From contig CAXXSL010000016.1 of NCBI GenBank assembly GCA_963675525.2, positions 896,001-960,000 on the forward strand: DNA of 64,000 bases, written 5' to 3'. The notes under the pieces are model-generated. The model worked only from the letters and a program-made list of their open reading frames with translations. It was not told the origin of the DNA and ran no database searches. The position numbers were made by a program, and so were the translations under genes. Shown piece by piece: positions 52,418-61,139 of this stretch. This stretch comes from Anaerohalosphaeraceae bacterium (GTDB lineage Bacteria; Planctomycetota; Phycisphaerae; Sedimentisphaerales; Anaerohalosphaeraceae). The stretch's first letter is position 1. Each line of letters opens with the position of its first letter.

Positions 52418-53037
52418 AACTCTTGATTCCCTTGATTTGCAACTTTCCATTTCTTCATAAAATGCACGACAGCCGTATGAAGCCGGCTTTTTACTGTCCC
52501 TATTGGTATACTGAGGATCTCGGCCATATGTTTGTAAGAAAATTGCTCAAAATACGCTAAAATCAGGATTCCGCGAAGATTTTCCGGCATTTCCGCTATA
52601 ACCTGCCTAACCCGCTGAGCCGTTTCGTCTCTGGAGGCCTCCTGATCCGGTGTGGTGTCATAGGATGTCAGGATATTCACGACCTCATCGATCGAGACAT
52701 CGCCAGCATCCGCAAACGTGCCCATGCTCATGGTGGATTGCCGCTGCATTTTTCGAAGGGCGTCTTTCGCCTTGTTGGCAGCAATCGTGAACAGCCAGGG
52801 TCGAAGCGGTCGGCTGGTGTCAAAACTATCCTGGCTGGTGTAAAGTTGGAGAAACGTTTCCTGGAAAACGTCCTCAACGACTTCCTGTTGATTGATAAAA
52901 CGGCGTAAGAACGCATAAAGCGAGTTTTTGTAACGGGTTACGAGTTCGCGAAAGGCCCATTCGTCGCCTTTTCGAAACTGAATCAGCAGTTCATTGTCTG
53001 ATAGTTCAGGAACAGATTGTGTCGGTTTTTCGTTCAT
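52414..53037 (-). CDS. ECF sigma factor
   Basis: EDVFQETFL, WLFTIA.N, SY..MAEIL.IPIGTVKSRL. Confidence 0.93.
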   Translation of the reverse strand: MNEKPTQSVPELSDNELLIQFRKGDEWAFRELVTRYKNSLYAFLRRFINQQEVVEDVFQETFLQLYTSQDSFDTSRPLRPWLFTIAANKAKDALRKMQRQSTMSMGTFADAGDVSIDEVVNILTSYDTTPDQEASRDETAQRVRQVIAEMPENLRGILILAYFEQFSYKHMAEILSIPIGTVKSRLHTAVVHFMKKWKVANQGNQEL

Positions 53038-53243
53038 TATTAATTGTGTTATTATAAGAGCTTAGCAAGACAATTTAAATCCTTAATTTTAAAAAACTCT
53101 ACAAAGCGAACAGTATGTAGGTGGGCAAAGAGAGCAGAGGAAGCATTAGTCAGAAATGCTTCATTCAAAAGGACTTTTAGGAGAAAATTTCCTTGCAAAC
53201 ACAAGAGGTATTTGCTAACTTCCCTCTTTTGACTGAAGTTGCC

Positions 53244-53316
<73 letters not shown>

Positions 53317-53331
53317 TTTTTAACTTCTTTC

Positions 53332-54564
53332 TTAACAGGCAGTTACGTTTCCATCTTTCTGGGATCCACTTTGTAAAACGGCATTTGCACCGATTTGCAC
53401 CAATTTTTTGCACAGCCCTTTCGCCGTGGCGGCCCGTGCCCGCTGCTGCAAATCATCGGTCACTGCCAGATAAAATTGATGCGTGGTCTTAAAATCAGCA
53501 TGGCCGGCCAGGGTCATCACATCGTATTCTTTCAGCCCCTGAGCAAACCAGTTGCGGATCGCCGTTCGCCGAAGATCATGGAATTTCCCGTCCTTGACAT
53601 GGGCCCGTTTCAGGATGGACTTGAACTGCCGGGAAAAATTCTGCAGAATCTTCAGTCGGGAATCGGAGTAGGTCCATTTCCCCTTAGAACGAAGATTCTG
53701 GATCCAGTCATACCGGCATCCCGGGATAAAGATATACGGATACCCTGCTTCCTGGACACTTTGGTGATTGCTGAGCATCGTTGTCAGTTCATCATTGAGC
53801 GGGAGTGTGCGGCGATCGGTGTCCTTGATGAGCCATTTCCAGGTCTCAGGTGTATCCTCTTTAGGGGTCACCTCTACGGACTGACCGTCAAAGTCGATAT
53901 CATCCCACGTGCAGTTCAGCAGTTCGCCCCGCCGCATTCCAGTCGTCAGGGCCGTAACGATCAGCAAATCCCATCGGGGGACCGGTCGGTTGCTCCATTC
54001 AATGACAGAAGCCAAGGCGGCCTTGTAGATCCGCTCGCACTCCTCATCGCTGTAAAGATTCAGCCGGGGCTTTTCCTGCTTGGGAGCCTTGACATACCGT
54101 AGCGGATTTTCATCCAGGGTTCTACGTTTGACACCCAGTTCAAACAGGACATTGATCTCTCGCAGTTTCTTCGCCACCGTCGCCGGGCTATTGCCCCTAT
54201 CTAGACACTGCTGGCGATAGTACTGGCCGTGATCAAAGGTCACCGACCGAATGTCAATATTTCCGATTGTCGTAATCAAATCTTCCATCGCTGATTGGTA
54301 GGACAGCCGGGTGCTTTCCCGGATCTGGTCTCCGGTCTTTTTCAAATTGTCTTTGGCAAACTTCCTCAGACGAATCGATCCCGGTTCCACATAGCCCATC
54401 TGAAGGTCTTTTTCTTTTTCGGCACGCTGTTTTTCGGCCTTACGTCTGTTTGCATGCTTCAGCGTTTCCCATCGCTGCTTTCCGTTTTCCGTATACCGTA
54501 AAACATAGGTAAAACTTTTACCATCACTTGACGCTCTTTTATTGAGCCTTACCAGTTGCTTCAT
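53332..54564 (-). CDS. Tyrosine recombinase/integrase
   Basis: TGMRRGE, HDLRRT, AGH, TT..FY catalytic motifs. Confidence 0.95.
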   Translation of the reverse strand: MKQLVRLNKRASSDGKSFTYVLRYTENGKQRWETLKHANRRKAEKQRAEKEKDLQMGYVEPGSIRLRKFAKDNLKKTGDQIRESTRLSYQSAMEDLITTIGNIDIRSVTFDHGQYYRQQCLDRGNSPATVAKKLREINVLFELGVKRRTLDENPLRYVKAPKQEKPRLNLYSDEECERIYKAALASVIEWSNRPVPRWDLLIVTALTTGMRRGELLNCTWDDIDFDGQSVEVTPKEDTPETWKWLIKDTDRRTLPLNDELTTMLSNHQSVQEAGYPYIFIPGCRYDWIQNLRSKGKWTYSDSRLKILQNFSRQFKSILKRAHVKDGKFHDLRRTAIRNWFAQGLKEYDVMTLAGHADFKTTHQFYLAVTDDLQQRARAATAKGLCKKLVQIGANAVLQSGSQKDGNVTAC

Positions 54565-54655
54565 AGATTCACCTCCTTTCCGGGCTTCGCAGGCTGGACT
54601 GGCTCATGTAATCTTAGGTCCATTATAGAGGACTCAAGATAAAAGCGCAAGTGAA

Positions 54656-54895
54656 TTATTGGTAAGCTGTTATTTGGCGTTCGATCCATTCTAAAACCGC
54701 CTTTTTCAGATAGAGAGGCCTGTTGCAGATATAAAACCTCGGTAAATCCCGATGCCGTTTGAGGTGTTCAATGACGTTGCAGTAATTCTTGGATTGACTG
54801 ATTTCCGGAATCCGTAGAAACACAATCAGTTCCTTTTCGGTGAGTATCTCTGAAGAATCCCTGAGCTCTTCGGTTTCTTCATCAATTACTGTCAA
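54656..54895 (-). CDS. Excisionase-like helix-turn-helix protein
   Basis: LTEKEL..FLRI...LP...Y.K.AVLEWIE; adjacent to the integrase. Confidence 0.65.
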   Translation of the reverse strand: MTVIDEETEELRDSSEILTEKELIVFLRIPEISQSKNYCNVIEHLKRHRDLPRFYICNRPLYLKKAVLEWIERQITAYQ

Positions 54896-54920
54896 TTCCG
54901 ACGAGATTCAGAGCGACATC

Positions 54921-55970
54921 CTAAAGGGCTCCTCTCTGTGTGCCGATCTTTTCGTGTAGTTTGTGTAAAAAGCAATTGTCCTTATCGCAAAATTGCATCA
55001 AACATGGATTTTTACACCCTGGAAAACTTGGTTTCTGACATCCCGACATGACCGTTCGAGTAATATATTCGGGGTCTTCAATTGGATTACGCGCATCAAT
55101 TTCCTCAATTTGTTCGATGATGCCATCGGGATGCATGCCGATCCAGGAATAGTATCTTGATAATTGATAGTAAAGATTATGCCGGAAGCCCTCAGGAACA
55201 GTTACCTTTTCAATGGACCGAATACAGGGAGGTTTTCGCCATCCGCCTCGAAAGGAATTATTTGTGGGTGATTGCAGTTTTAAATGCTTTTCTTTTCTCT
55301 CTACGGCCAAAATGGCTTTTTCAAACCAGGTTGCCGCGTTTAAATTGACCGCAAGGCTTGCGTACGAATCTTCAGACCTTGGATTTTGAGCCAACTTGAG
55401 AATGCCTTTTATTCCAATATCCCGTAATTCCTCAGAAGTTAGAGGAATTTTATATAACTGGCTGGTGCCGTGCTTCGAATTCGATAGCCGCAAAATCCGC
55501 TTGTGCGTATAAACACTCGAATCCAAATGACCGATGCCAATGGCCTGAGCTTTTTGAGCCATCACCTTCAGCAAGTCGAGTACATGTCCAGAATACCGGG
55601 GGGAAAACACTTCCACTGGTACGGTGACATGGAAACCCTTACGTCCGCTGAAAAAGATTGCCAGGGAGTCATAGGATAGGCCGATTCGGTCGCAAAGCAG
55701 CTCACAAAGCCGGATCGCATCTTCTCTTGCTTTTGCAAGATCATCTTTCGCATCAATGTCGAAATACAAGGGTACAACCGATTTACTGGTGTTGTCTGGT
55801 TTCTCATATCGTGCCACTGAAGCAAAAAGATCAGTATTTTGGTATTTTTTACGCCAGCATTCGATTTTGTCTGCATCTTGGAGAAGCACATATTCCCCAC
55901 GGACCATCTTCTGGCCAGTCAACATGGCCGCCAATTCAATATAACAATATTTATCTGTTGTTTGCTGCAT
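54921..55970 (-). CDS. Archaeo-eukaryotic primase domain fused to a PriL-like Cys-rich C-terminal domain
   Basis: YFDID, FSGRKGFH, D..VY...RILRL; PPCI...C....C...C....C. Confidence 0.82.
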   Translation of the reverse strand: MQQTTDKYCYIELAAMLTGQKMVRGEYVLLQDADKIECWRKKYQNTDLFASVARYEKPDNTSKSVVPLYFDIDAKDDLAKAREDAIRLCELLCDRIGLSYDSLAIFFSGRKGFHVTVPVEVFSPRYSGHVLDLLKVMAQKAQAIGIGHLDSSVYTHKRILRLSNSKHGTSQLYKIPLTSEELRDIGIKGILKLAQNPRSEDSYASLAVNLNAATWFEKAILAVERKEKHLKLQSPTNNSFRGGWRKPPCIRSIEKVTVPEGFRHNLYYQLSRYYSWIGMHPDGIIEQIEEIDARNPIEDPEYITRTVMSGCQKPSFPGCKNPCLMQFCDKDNCFLHKLHEKIGTQRGAL

Positions 55971-56068
55971 TAATTAGATTACATTTTCATATGCTCAGCC
56001 TAACCTACTAAGGCTCTAAAGTGGCCGCCATAGCTCGCTTTCTTCAGATGTAAACATACTCGTGCCAA

Positions 56069-56290
56069 TTAGTTATCGTCTCCAAAGATACTTCTGAATG
56101 CAGTTCCAGCCTCAGGTGAAGGATCAAACTCTCTATTGATGACTCGATGAGAGCTCTTATCTTTTCCAAAACCGCCCCATGGTTCGCGTCCTTCTTTCAT
56201 TTCAGGCTCATCTTTGAACTCATCGCTTACCTGATTTCTATTGAGAAAGACATCGTGCAACATATTGAAAAAACCATATTTTTTTGCCAT
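56069..56290 (-). CDS. Small hypothetical protein
   Basis: RBS AAGGT, 73 aa, co-oriented with the island genes. Confidence 0.5.
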   Translation of the reverse strand: MAKKYGFFNMLHDVFLNRNQVSDEFKDEPEMKEGREPWGGFGKDKSSHRVINREFDPSPEAGTAFRSIFGDDN

Positions 56291-56400
56291 AATAAACCTT
56301 ACCTTTCTATTTTTGGGAAAGAAGATTTTCCCGGTTAAATAATCCTGCAGCATAGCCGCGAATTCGATTCAACAATACTTTTTGATTGATTGCTGCATTC

Positions 56401-56757
56401 TCAAGACCACTTTTTCTTATGTTTAACGCTGTCAGGGTCATCGTCAGCAGACCATTTAATGAACTGATCGCTTGATTTTTTCCGACACTTGCTTAAAAAA
56501 GCCAGCAATCGAAATACTAGGATCGACAGCCCCAGGGCGGCATAGGGAATAAGTATAAAAGGGAACATTTTGTGCTCAGAAGGATTCTCTTTGGAGGGCT
56601 GAAATATCCCAATGACAGCCAAGATTGCGACACAAATGGCCAATATCCATGAAGTGCCTTCTGTCATTTTTAATCCTGACTGAATCGCTCTCTTGCACAC
56701 GACTAAAATAATAATAAATATTGGCACAACAATTACAGTTTCAAGTGAATTCAACAT
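56401..56757 (-). CDS. Small three-TM membrane protein
   Basis: Hydrophobic segments; ILIPYAALG. Confidence 0.6.
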   Translation of the reverse strand: MLNSLETVIVVPIFIIILVVCKRAIQSGLKMTEGTSWILAICVAILAVIGIFQPSKENPSEHKMFPFILIPYAALGLSILVFRLLAFLSKCRKKSSDQFIKWSADDDPDSVKHKKKWS

Positions 56758-56761
56758 GAGA

Positions 56762-57085
56762 TTAACCCTTTCCGTCATTAAAAATTGAATTTGCTTGTTC
56801 ATTCTTCGCCGTTTTATTGTTATCCGATTTTTTGAATTCAGTTTCTGCTCTTCCAAAGACAATCATGAACGCTACAAGAACTGACAGGACGATAATTTCA
56901 AATATGTATTCTGAAAACCAGATCCCAAAGACCTTATTGTAAAAGCAAAGTAAATTACACAAAACACTTATGCTCAGAACCAATGAATTTATGAAGCTAA
57001 GCTCTAAAGTATATTTGAGCCAATTAAAGATTGCGATTCCGAGCACTGCGAAGAGAATCGCTTGAGCAATACTATTTGTCTCCAT
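56762..57085 (-). CDS. Small three-TM membrane protein
   Basis: Hydrophobic segments; RBS GAAAGG. Confidence 0.55.
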   Translation of the reverse strand: METNSIAQAILFAVLGIAIFNWLKYTLELSFINSLVLSISVLCNLLCFYNKVFGIWFSEYIFEIIVLSVLVAFMIVFGRAETEFKKSDNNKTAKNEQANSIFNDGKG

Positions 57086-57117
57086 GATCAAAAAACCTTT
57101 CACTTGAGATGTTCTGC

Positions 57118-57405
57118 TTAAGATATAAAACCGATAATTAAAATGCGTAAAATCCAAAGCGAAATTAACAATAGAATTAATAGTGCCGTATCGTTGAAGT
57201 GTCTCGAGCAAAACCGTGAGATCAAACACCGAAACACATTTAAAGCTTTCATCAAGAAGGGTTCCAGGAGTTCGGTTATTTGCTTAAAGACAGGATGCTT
57301 CCATCTGGCGTAAATAAAATTTAATAGTATCATCAGCATCAATATATCTATCGCAACAAATGTTAGATGAATCACGCTCATGACCAGGTTGTAAATTAAG
57401 CCCAT
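57118..57405 (-). CDS. Small two-TM membrane protein (YggT-like shape)
   Basis: TM-amphipathic (EPF)-TM layout; RBS AAGGAG. Confidence 0.6.
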   Translation of the reverse strand: MGLIYNLVMSVIHLTFVAIDILMLMILLNFIYARWKHPVFKQITELLEPFLMKALNVFRCLISRFCSRHFNDTALLILLLISLWILRILIIGFIS

Positions 57406-57417
57406 GAGATTTTCTCC

Positions 57418-57882
57418 TTACTCTGCGTTATTATCCTTTTCTGGGTCATCTGTGAACTCAGAAATTACTTCCTTTTCTGGCAGTTCAATTGGTTCTGGGC
57501 TGACAAGATTGTATAATGATAGATTTCCTAAGATCCCTGTAACGCTGAAAATTAACTCTATTAGTTCACCGTTAACTTCCAGAAAAAGGCCGGGGAAGAT
57601 TTGTTTCCACCCTTCGATATAACTTGATGATCCGATGAAATGATCAGATATTCCCGCATCCGGCCGTACGGAAGCGTCTTGAGGGATTAATATCATAGGA
57701 TCACTTGATGTGGTTTCAAACTTAATCATTATATCTGCCTCCGGCATGGTAAACCGAGGGTCAAGCCTGAGCTTTTCAACAATAAACCACAGTCCTTCGG
57801 AGCTTCCTCTGATGTTTACATTTCTTTTGTGAGCAGTTGTTAATAAATCTTCAATGGATTGCTTCAGATTCGACATAATCAT
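57418..57882 (-). CDS. Hypothetical protein, possibly a catalytically inactive E2/UBC-like fold
   Basis: WFIVEKLRLDPRFTMPEADIMIKF resembles the neighbouring E2 segment TVWIERFNLPPGYSQPTSSLLITL; RBS AAGGAG. Confidence 0.6.
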   Translation of the reverse strand: MIMSNLKQSIEDLLTTAHKRNVNIRGSSEGLWFIVEKLRLDPRFTMPEADIMIKFETTSSDPMILIPQDASVRPDAGISDHFIGSSSYIEGWKQIFPGLFLEVNGELIELIFSVTGILGNLSLYNLVSPEPIELPEKEVISEFTDDPEKDNNAE

Positions 57883-57888
57883 TCTCCT

Positions 57889-59304
57889 TTACACTTGAGT
57901 TAATTGTTCTGAAACGAGATAATCCGGCAACAAGACTCCGCTGTCACCGGAGGCCAATAAGCTGTCTTCACTACAGCTAAAACAGTCAGGATTTTTAGGG
58001 AAATCAACAGGTAACGTAACAGATTTCATGAAATCGTAGAAAACATATCGTGATAAAGGTTTACACCCTGTCACATGCCCCATGAACTCGGTAACAGCCA
58101 GATTGGCAATGACACCATTGAGTGGGGCGACTGCCGGGGCATGTTCATCCTCTCCTGCAATATATCCCCGCTGGATCACAAATTGTCTTTGTTCTTCAGG
58201 TAATTGTTCCATCTGGGCAACATCCATATCGATACCGTTAATACATCGAAGACAACCACATCCGGGAATGACGGTTCTAACTTGTCCACCGGCATGTTCG
58301 ATTGATTGACCTTCGCCAGACTGAATTCCGGTCCCAGTGTCGATAAACGGTATCAGATGTTTAACAGAAAAACTGTTTAAGAAATCCCGGGGTGATTCAG
58401 CATCAAATCCACCAAAAGCGTAATCACAGGATTTTAATGCAAATACCGCTTTTTCGGAAAAGATGCTATCGGCTATGAGTCCTACCCTGATGTCCGGATT
58501 AATTTGCAGACCATACTTAGCCAGCATTTCAACTTTCAGAGAACCTTTTTCGACATCTGCAAGTCTGCTCCCGGCCAACCGGTTTAAATTTGAGATTTCC
58601 ACGACATCGTGATCAATTAAAACAAAATCCTTAACGCCGAGGCGTACCAACAAGACAAATATCAATGAACCAATTCCGCCGCAACCGGCAATTGCCACTT
58701 TTATTTGTTGAATAAGTTTTTGCCCACTTTCTCCAAAAGCTAATACCTGACGGTGATGAACTTCTCTTGCAGCAATCTCTTGATATAAATGGTTCGACGA
58801 TGTTGGTTTCAGAATCTCGATCCCTGATTCACCGATAACCTTGATTATACTGACCGGCTTGATTTGCCCGGTATTAGAATCGTACCATCGAGCATCTATG
58901 CTCTTTCTGCCAAGGACAATACTCGCATGAGGACCATCACCTAATATTTCCACTTCTCTTGGAAAGCTTTCCATTTCACTTCGGTCGTCAATGCCGGAAA
59001 ACCTAACGCCATAATCAGCAAAGGGATGGGTGTGAAGTGTAATAATTTCACTTTGAGAGTCTCTTGCACCCGTATAGACAAACTGAACAAATCTTGGGTC
59101 CGGAGCGACACTGACACCGGATTGATTAATGAGACAGGATTCATCCGCATGGAAGAACTTCCGACATAACAAATTGCATCCGTCGGCATATTTACTTGTT
59201 CCTGCCAGAATAAAACCAAATTGCTCGTGATTGTTATTAGGAGGAAATAGTTTCCTCTGTACTTGTCGAGATATATGTTGAGGTATAATAATTTTAACAT
59301 CCAC
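57889..59304 (-). CDS. JAB/MPN peptidase - ThiF/E1 adenylyltransferase fusion
   Basis: N-terminal E...HTHP.x8.S..D JAMM motif; RQ, GCGGIGS, DHDVVEISNLNR, CLRC and CFSC zinc ligands. Confidence 0.9.
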   Translation of the reverse strand: MDVKIIIPQHISRQVQRKLFPPNNNHEQFGFILAGTSKYADGCNLLCRKFFHADESCLINQSGVSVAPDPRFVQFVYTGARDSQSEIITLHTHPFADYGVRFSGIDDRSEMESFPREVEILGDGPHASIVLGRKSIDARWYDSNTGQIKPVSIIKVIGESGIEILKPTSSNHLYQEIAAREVHHRQVLAFGESGQKLIQQIKVAIAGCGGIGSLIFVLLVRLGVKDFVLIDHDVVEISNLNRLAGSRLADVEKGSLKVEMLAKYGLQINPDIRVGLIADSIFSEKAVFALKSCDYAFGGFDAESPRDFLNSFSVKHLIPFIDTGTGIQSGEGQSIEHAGGQVRTVIPGCGCLRCINGIDMDVAQMEQLPEEQRQFVIQRGYIAGEDEHAPAVAPLNGVIANLAVTEFMGHVTGCKPLSRYVFYDFMKSVTLPVDFPKNPDCFSCSEDSLLASGDSGVLLPDYLVSEQLTQV

Positions 59305-59315
59305 AAAACACCTCC

Positions 59316-59741
59316 TTAATGGTCACTTTTTAGTGCGTGATACAAAGCATCGATGGCACTGAGAAGATTGTCCCCGCGGATTATGCTCCTAATATTTGCT
59401 TTCCACGATTTAAAATGGATCGAGTACCAGGCGTATCCCGCTTCTCTGATGTTTACATCCCCATATTCGTGTTCAAAATAATGACCCGGCCGGCATCCAT
59501 TTTTTTTCAAACCTTTTTCAATATACATGGCTTCCACGGGTGCTTCCGGATATCTTTTGGGCAATGTAATCAATAGACTCGATGTTGGCTGACTGTAGCC
59601 TGGCGGCAGATTGAATCTTTCTATCCATACGGTTCTCTCGTCAAATCCATCCGGAGGGAATTCGACCGGGCCAAAATGGCTTGATACCAAATTGACTTCC
59701 GCCAAAACCCTTTCTGGGTATTTTAATATACTCATTGTCAC
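59316..59741 (-). CDS. Prokaryotic E2/UBC family E-like protein
   Basis: LPPGY...LLI.LP..YP.AP; GYAWYSIH...W. Confidence 0.8.
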   Translation of the reverse strand: MTMSILKYPERVLAEVNLVSSHFGPVEFPPDGFDERTVWIERFNLPPGYSQPTSSLLITLPKRYPEAPVEAMYIEKGLKKNGCRPGHYFEHEYGDVNIREAGYAWYSIHFKSWKANIRSIIRGDNLLSAIDALYHALKSDH

Positions 59742-59752
59742 TTCCTTTCTAA

Positions 59753-59780
59753 AGTCGAGGGCGATAATCTGCCCTCGACT
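59753..59780. other. Perfect 10-bp hairpin between the small ORF and the E2 gene
   Basis: AGTCGAGGGC-gataatct-GCCCTCGACT. Confidence 0.75.
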
Positions 59781-59796
59781 ATGGTAAGATTATCAA

Positions 59797-59991
59797 TCAT
59801 TGACCTTTGTTATAGACAGGCAGTTTCCCCGCCGGCACAACATTTTCCTGGCTGTTCATGTGGGCCAGAATGTTGTCCATAAAACTCGGTTTATGTGTCG
59901 GGAAATGGGTTCTTTCAGCGGGAGTTGAATCGACAACAGTGGTGTTAATAGGCCTGTCCGCAACTGTACCTTGATAATTATTGATTCGCAT
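59797..59991 (-). CDS. 64-aa candidate ubiquitin-like modifier precursor
   Basis: RBS AGGAG; directly upstream of E2 and JAB-E1; ends LPVYNKGQ. Confidence 0.6.
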   Translation of the reverse strand: MRINNYQGTVADRPINTTVVDSTPAERTHFPTHKPSFMDNILAHMNSQENVVPAGKLPVYNKGQ

Positions 59992-60087
59992 CTCTACATC
60001 TCCTAAATTTCAAATATTGTTTGATTAATCGATAGCTATAACTTTTTCGTTGGCAACGAAAAACCTGCTATTACATCATGGATTCTT

Positions 60088-60339
60088 TTATTTAGTCCAT
60101 TTGTCATCACCCCCTTTGGGTTTCATTAAGATCCTAAATACTGCCATAAACAGCATAAGAAAAAAGGCTGACAATAATGCGAATCGAAGTCCTTGCGGCA
60201 GCGCCCAAACGTAGTCATAGGCATCATTGATTAGGTCGTAAGACTCTTCATTAACTAGGATCCAGACGTGCTTTAATTGCAATAACACGAATGCTGCCAA
60301 TACTATCAATGCGATTTTTTTCCAGTTGACAGGGTTCAT
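60088..60339 (-). CDS. Small two-TM membrane protein
   Basis: Two hydrophobic helices; ATGA overlap with the upstream gene. Confidence 0.65.
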   Translation of the reverse strand: MNPVNWKKIALIVLAAFVLLQLKHVWILVNEESYDLINDAYDYVWALPQGLRFALLSAFFLMLFMAVFRILMKPKGGDDKWTK

Positions 60340-61139
60340 TTTTTACCTCCGCTTCGTTTTCTTTTTAATAGGTCGCTTAGCAGCATAAAATCGATTTTAG
60401 ATAGTAATTCAAGAGGAAGCCCTCCTTTTAAAACAGTGCTTTTTACAGCTTTCAACAGGTCTGTATCTTTACATAAAAAAACTATTTTTGAGAATCCGGT
60501 CTGACTATACTTGATACAATTTTGAAGAATATTGCTTGCTGAACGGGTCAATTCATATGAAACCATAGTTCCATTCTCATCTTGTGTAACAATGTCTGAA
60601 GTATGACCGACTGTGCCTATTTTATATTCAAGAGTGATAGATTTAATTTTGGAATCCGCCTTTAATGTTAACCCTGCAATATGCATGTAAAAGCTGTGTT
60701 CGAGGAACTCTATGTTTTTGTAAGGACATAATAATCCAAACGCTTCAAAGACTTCTGAACGGGGAATGAGGTATTTTTTCTTCCCGCAATTCGATTCGAT
60801 TACCAATCCAAGTGTGATTAGCTCATGCTTAGCGTTATTACCCGCTCGTGCTGAAAAACCGAGGACTTCGTTTCTTTCACGAACAGATAGTTTTAGTTCG
60901 AGCACAGTATTGTACAGGAGCTTTTTACCGTTATCGCTAATATTGGAAAGGATGGTATTACAGCCAAGGTTATCTTTATTTTCATTATGTTCTGACCGGA
61001 CTTCGGCTTTTTTAACATTATTAGATTGGTTTTTTGATGCTGCCGGTGACGCAGGCATAGAATCACCCTTGACCTTTGGCAAATCAGTCAATGGATGCCA
61101 CTTTTGATAATTGAATTGTGCAATGCAAGATTTATCCAT
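60336..61139 (-). CDS. Winged-HTH plus possible PD-(D/E)XK-like domain protein
   Basis: ERNEVLGFSARAGNNAKHELITLGLV; EH...SDIV...YELTRS..N. Confidence 0.55.
   Translation of the reverse strand: MDKSCIAQFNYQKWHPLTDLPKVKGDSMPASPAASKNQSNNVKKAEVRSEHNENKDNLGCNTILSNISDNGKKLLYNTVLELKLSVRERNEVLGFSARAGNNAKHELITLGLVIESNCGKKKYLIPRSEVFEAFGLLCPYKNIEFLEHSFYMHIAGLTLKADSKIKSITLEYKIGTVGHTSDIVTQDENGTMVSYELTRSASNILQNCIKYSQTGFSKIVFLCKDTDLLKAVKSTVLKGGLPLELLSKIDFMLLSDLLKRKRSGGKK

Noticed and set aside
57889..59304. Thiamine/molybdopterin biosynthesis (ThiF/MoeB) or CBASS Cap2/Cap3 assignment
   Set aside because: No thiS/thiG/moa genes, GG-ending sulfur carrier or CD-NTase lie nearby; the architecture is JAB-E1 with a separate E2
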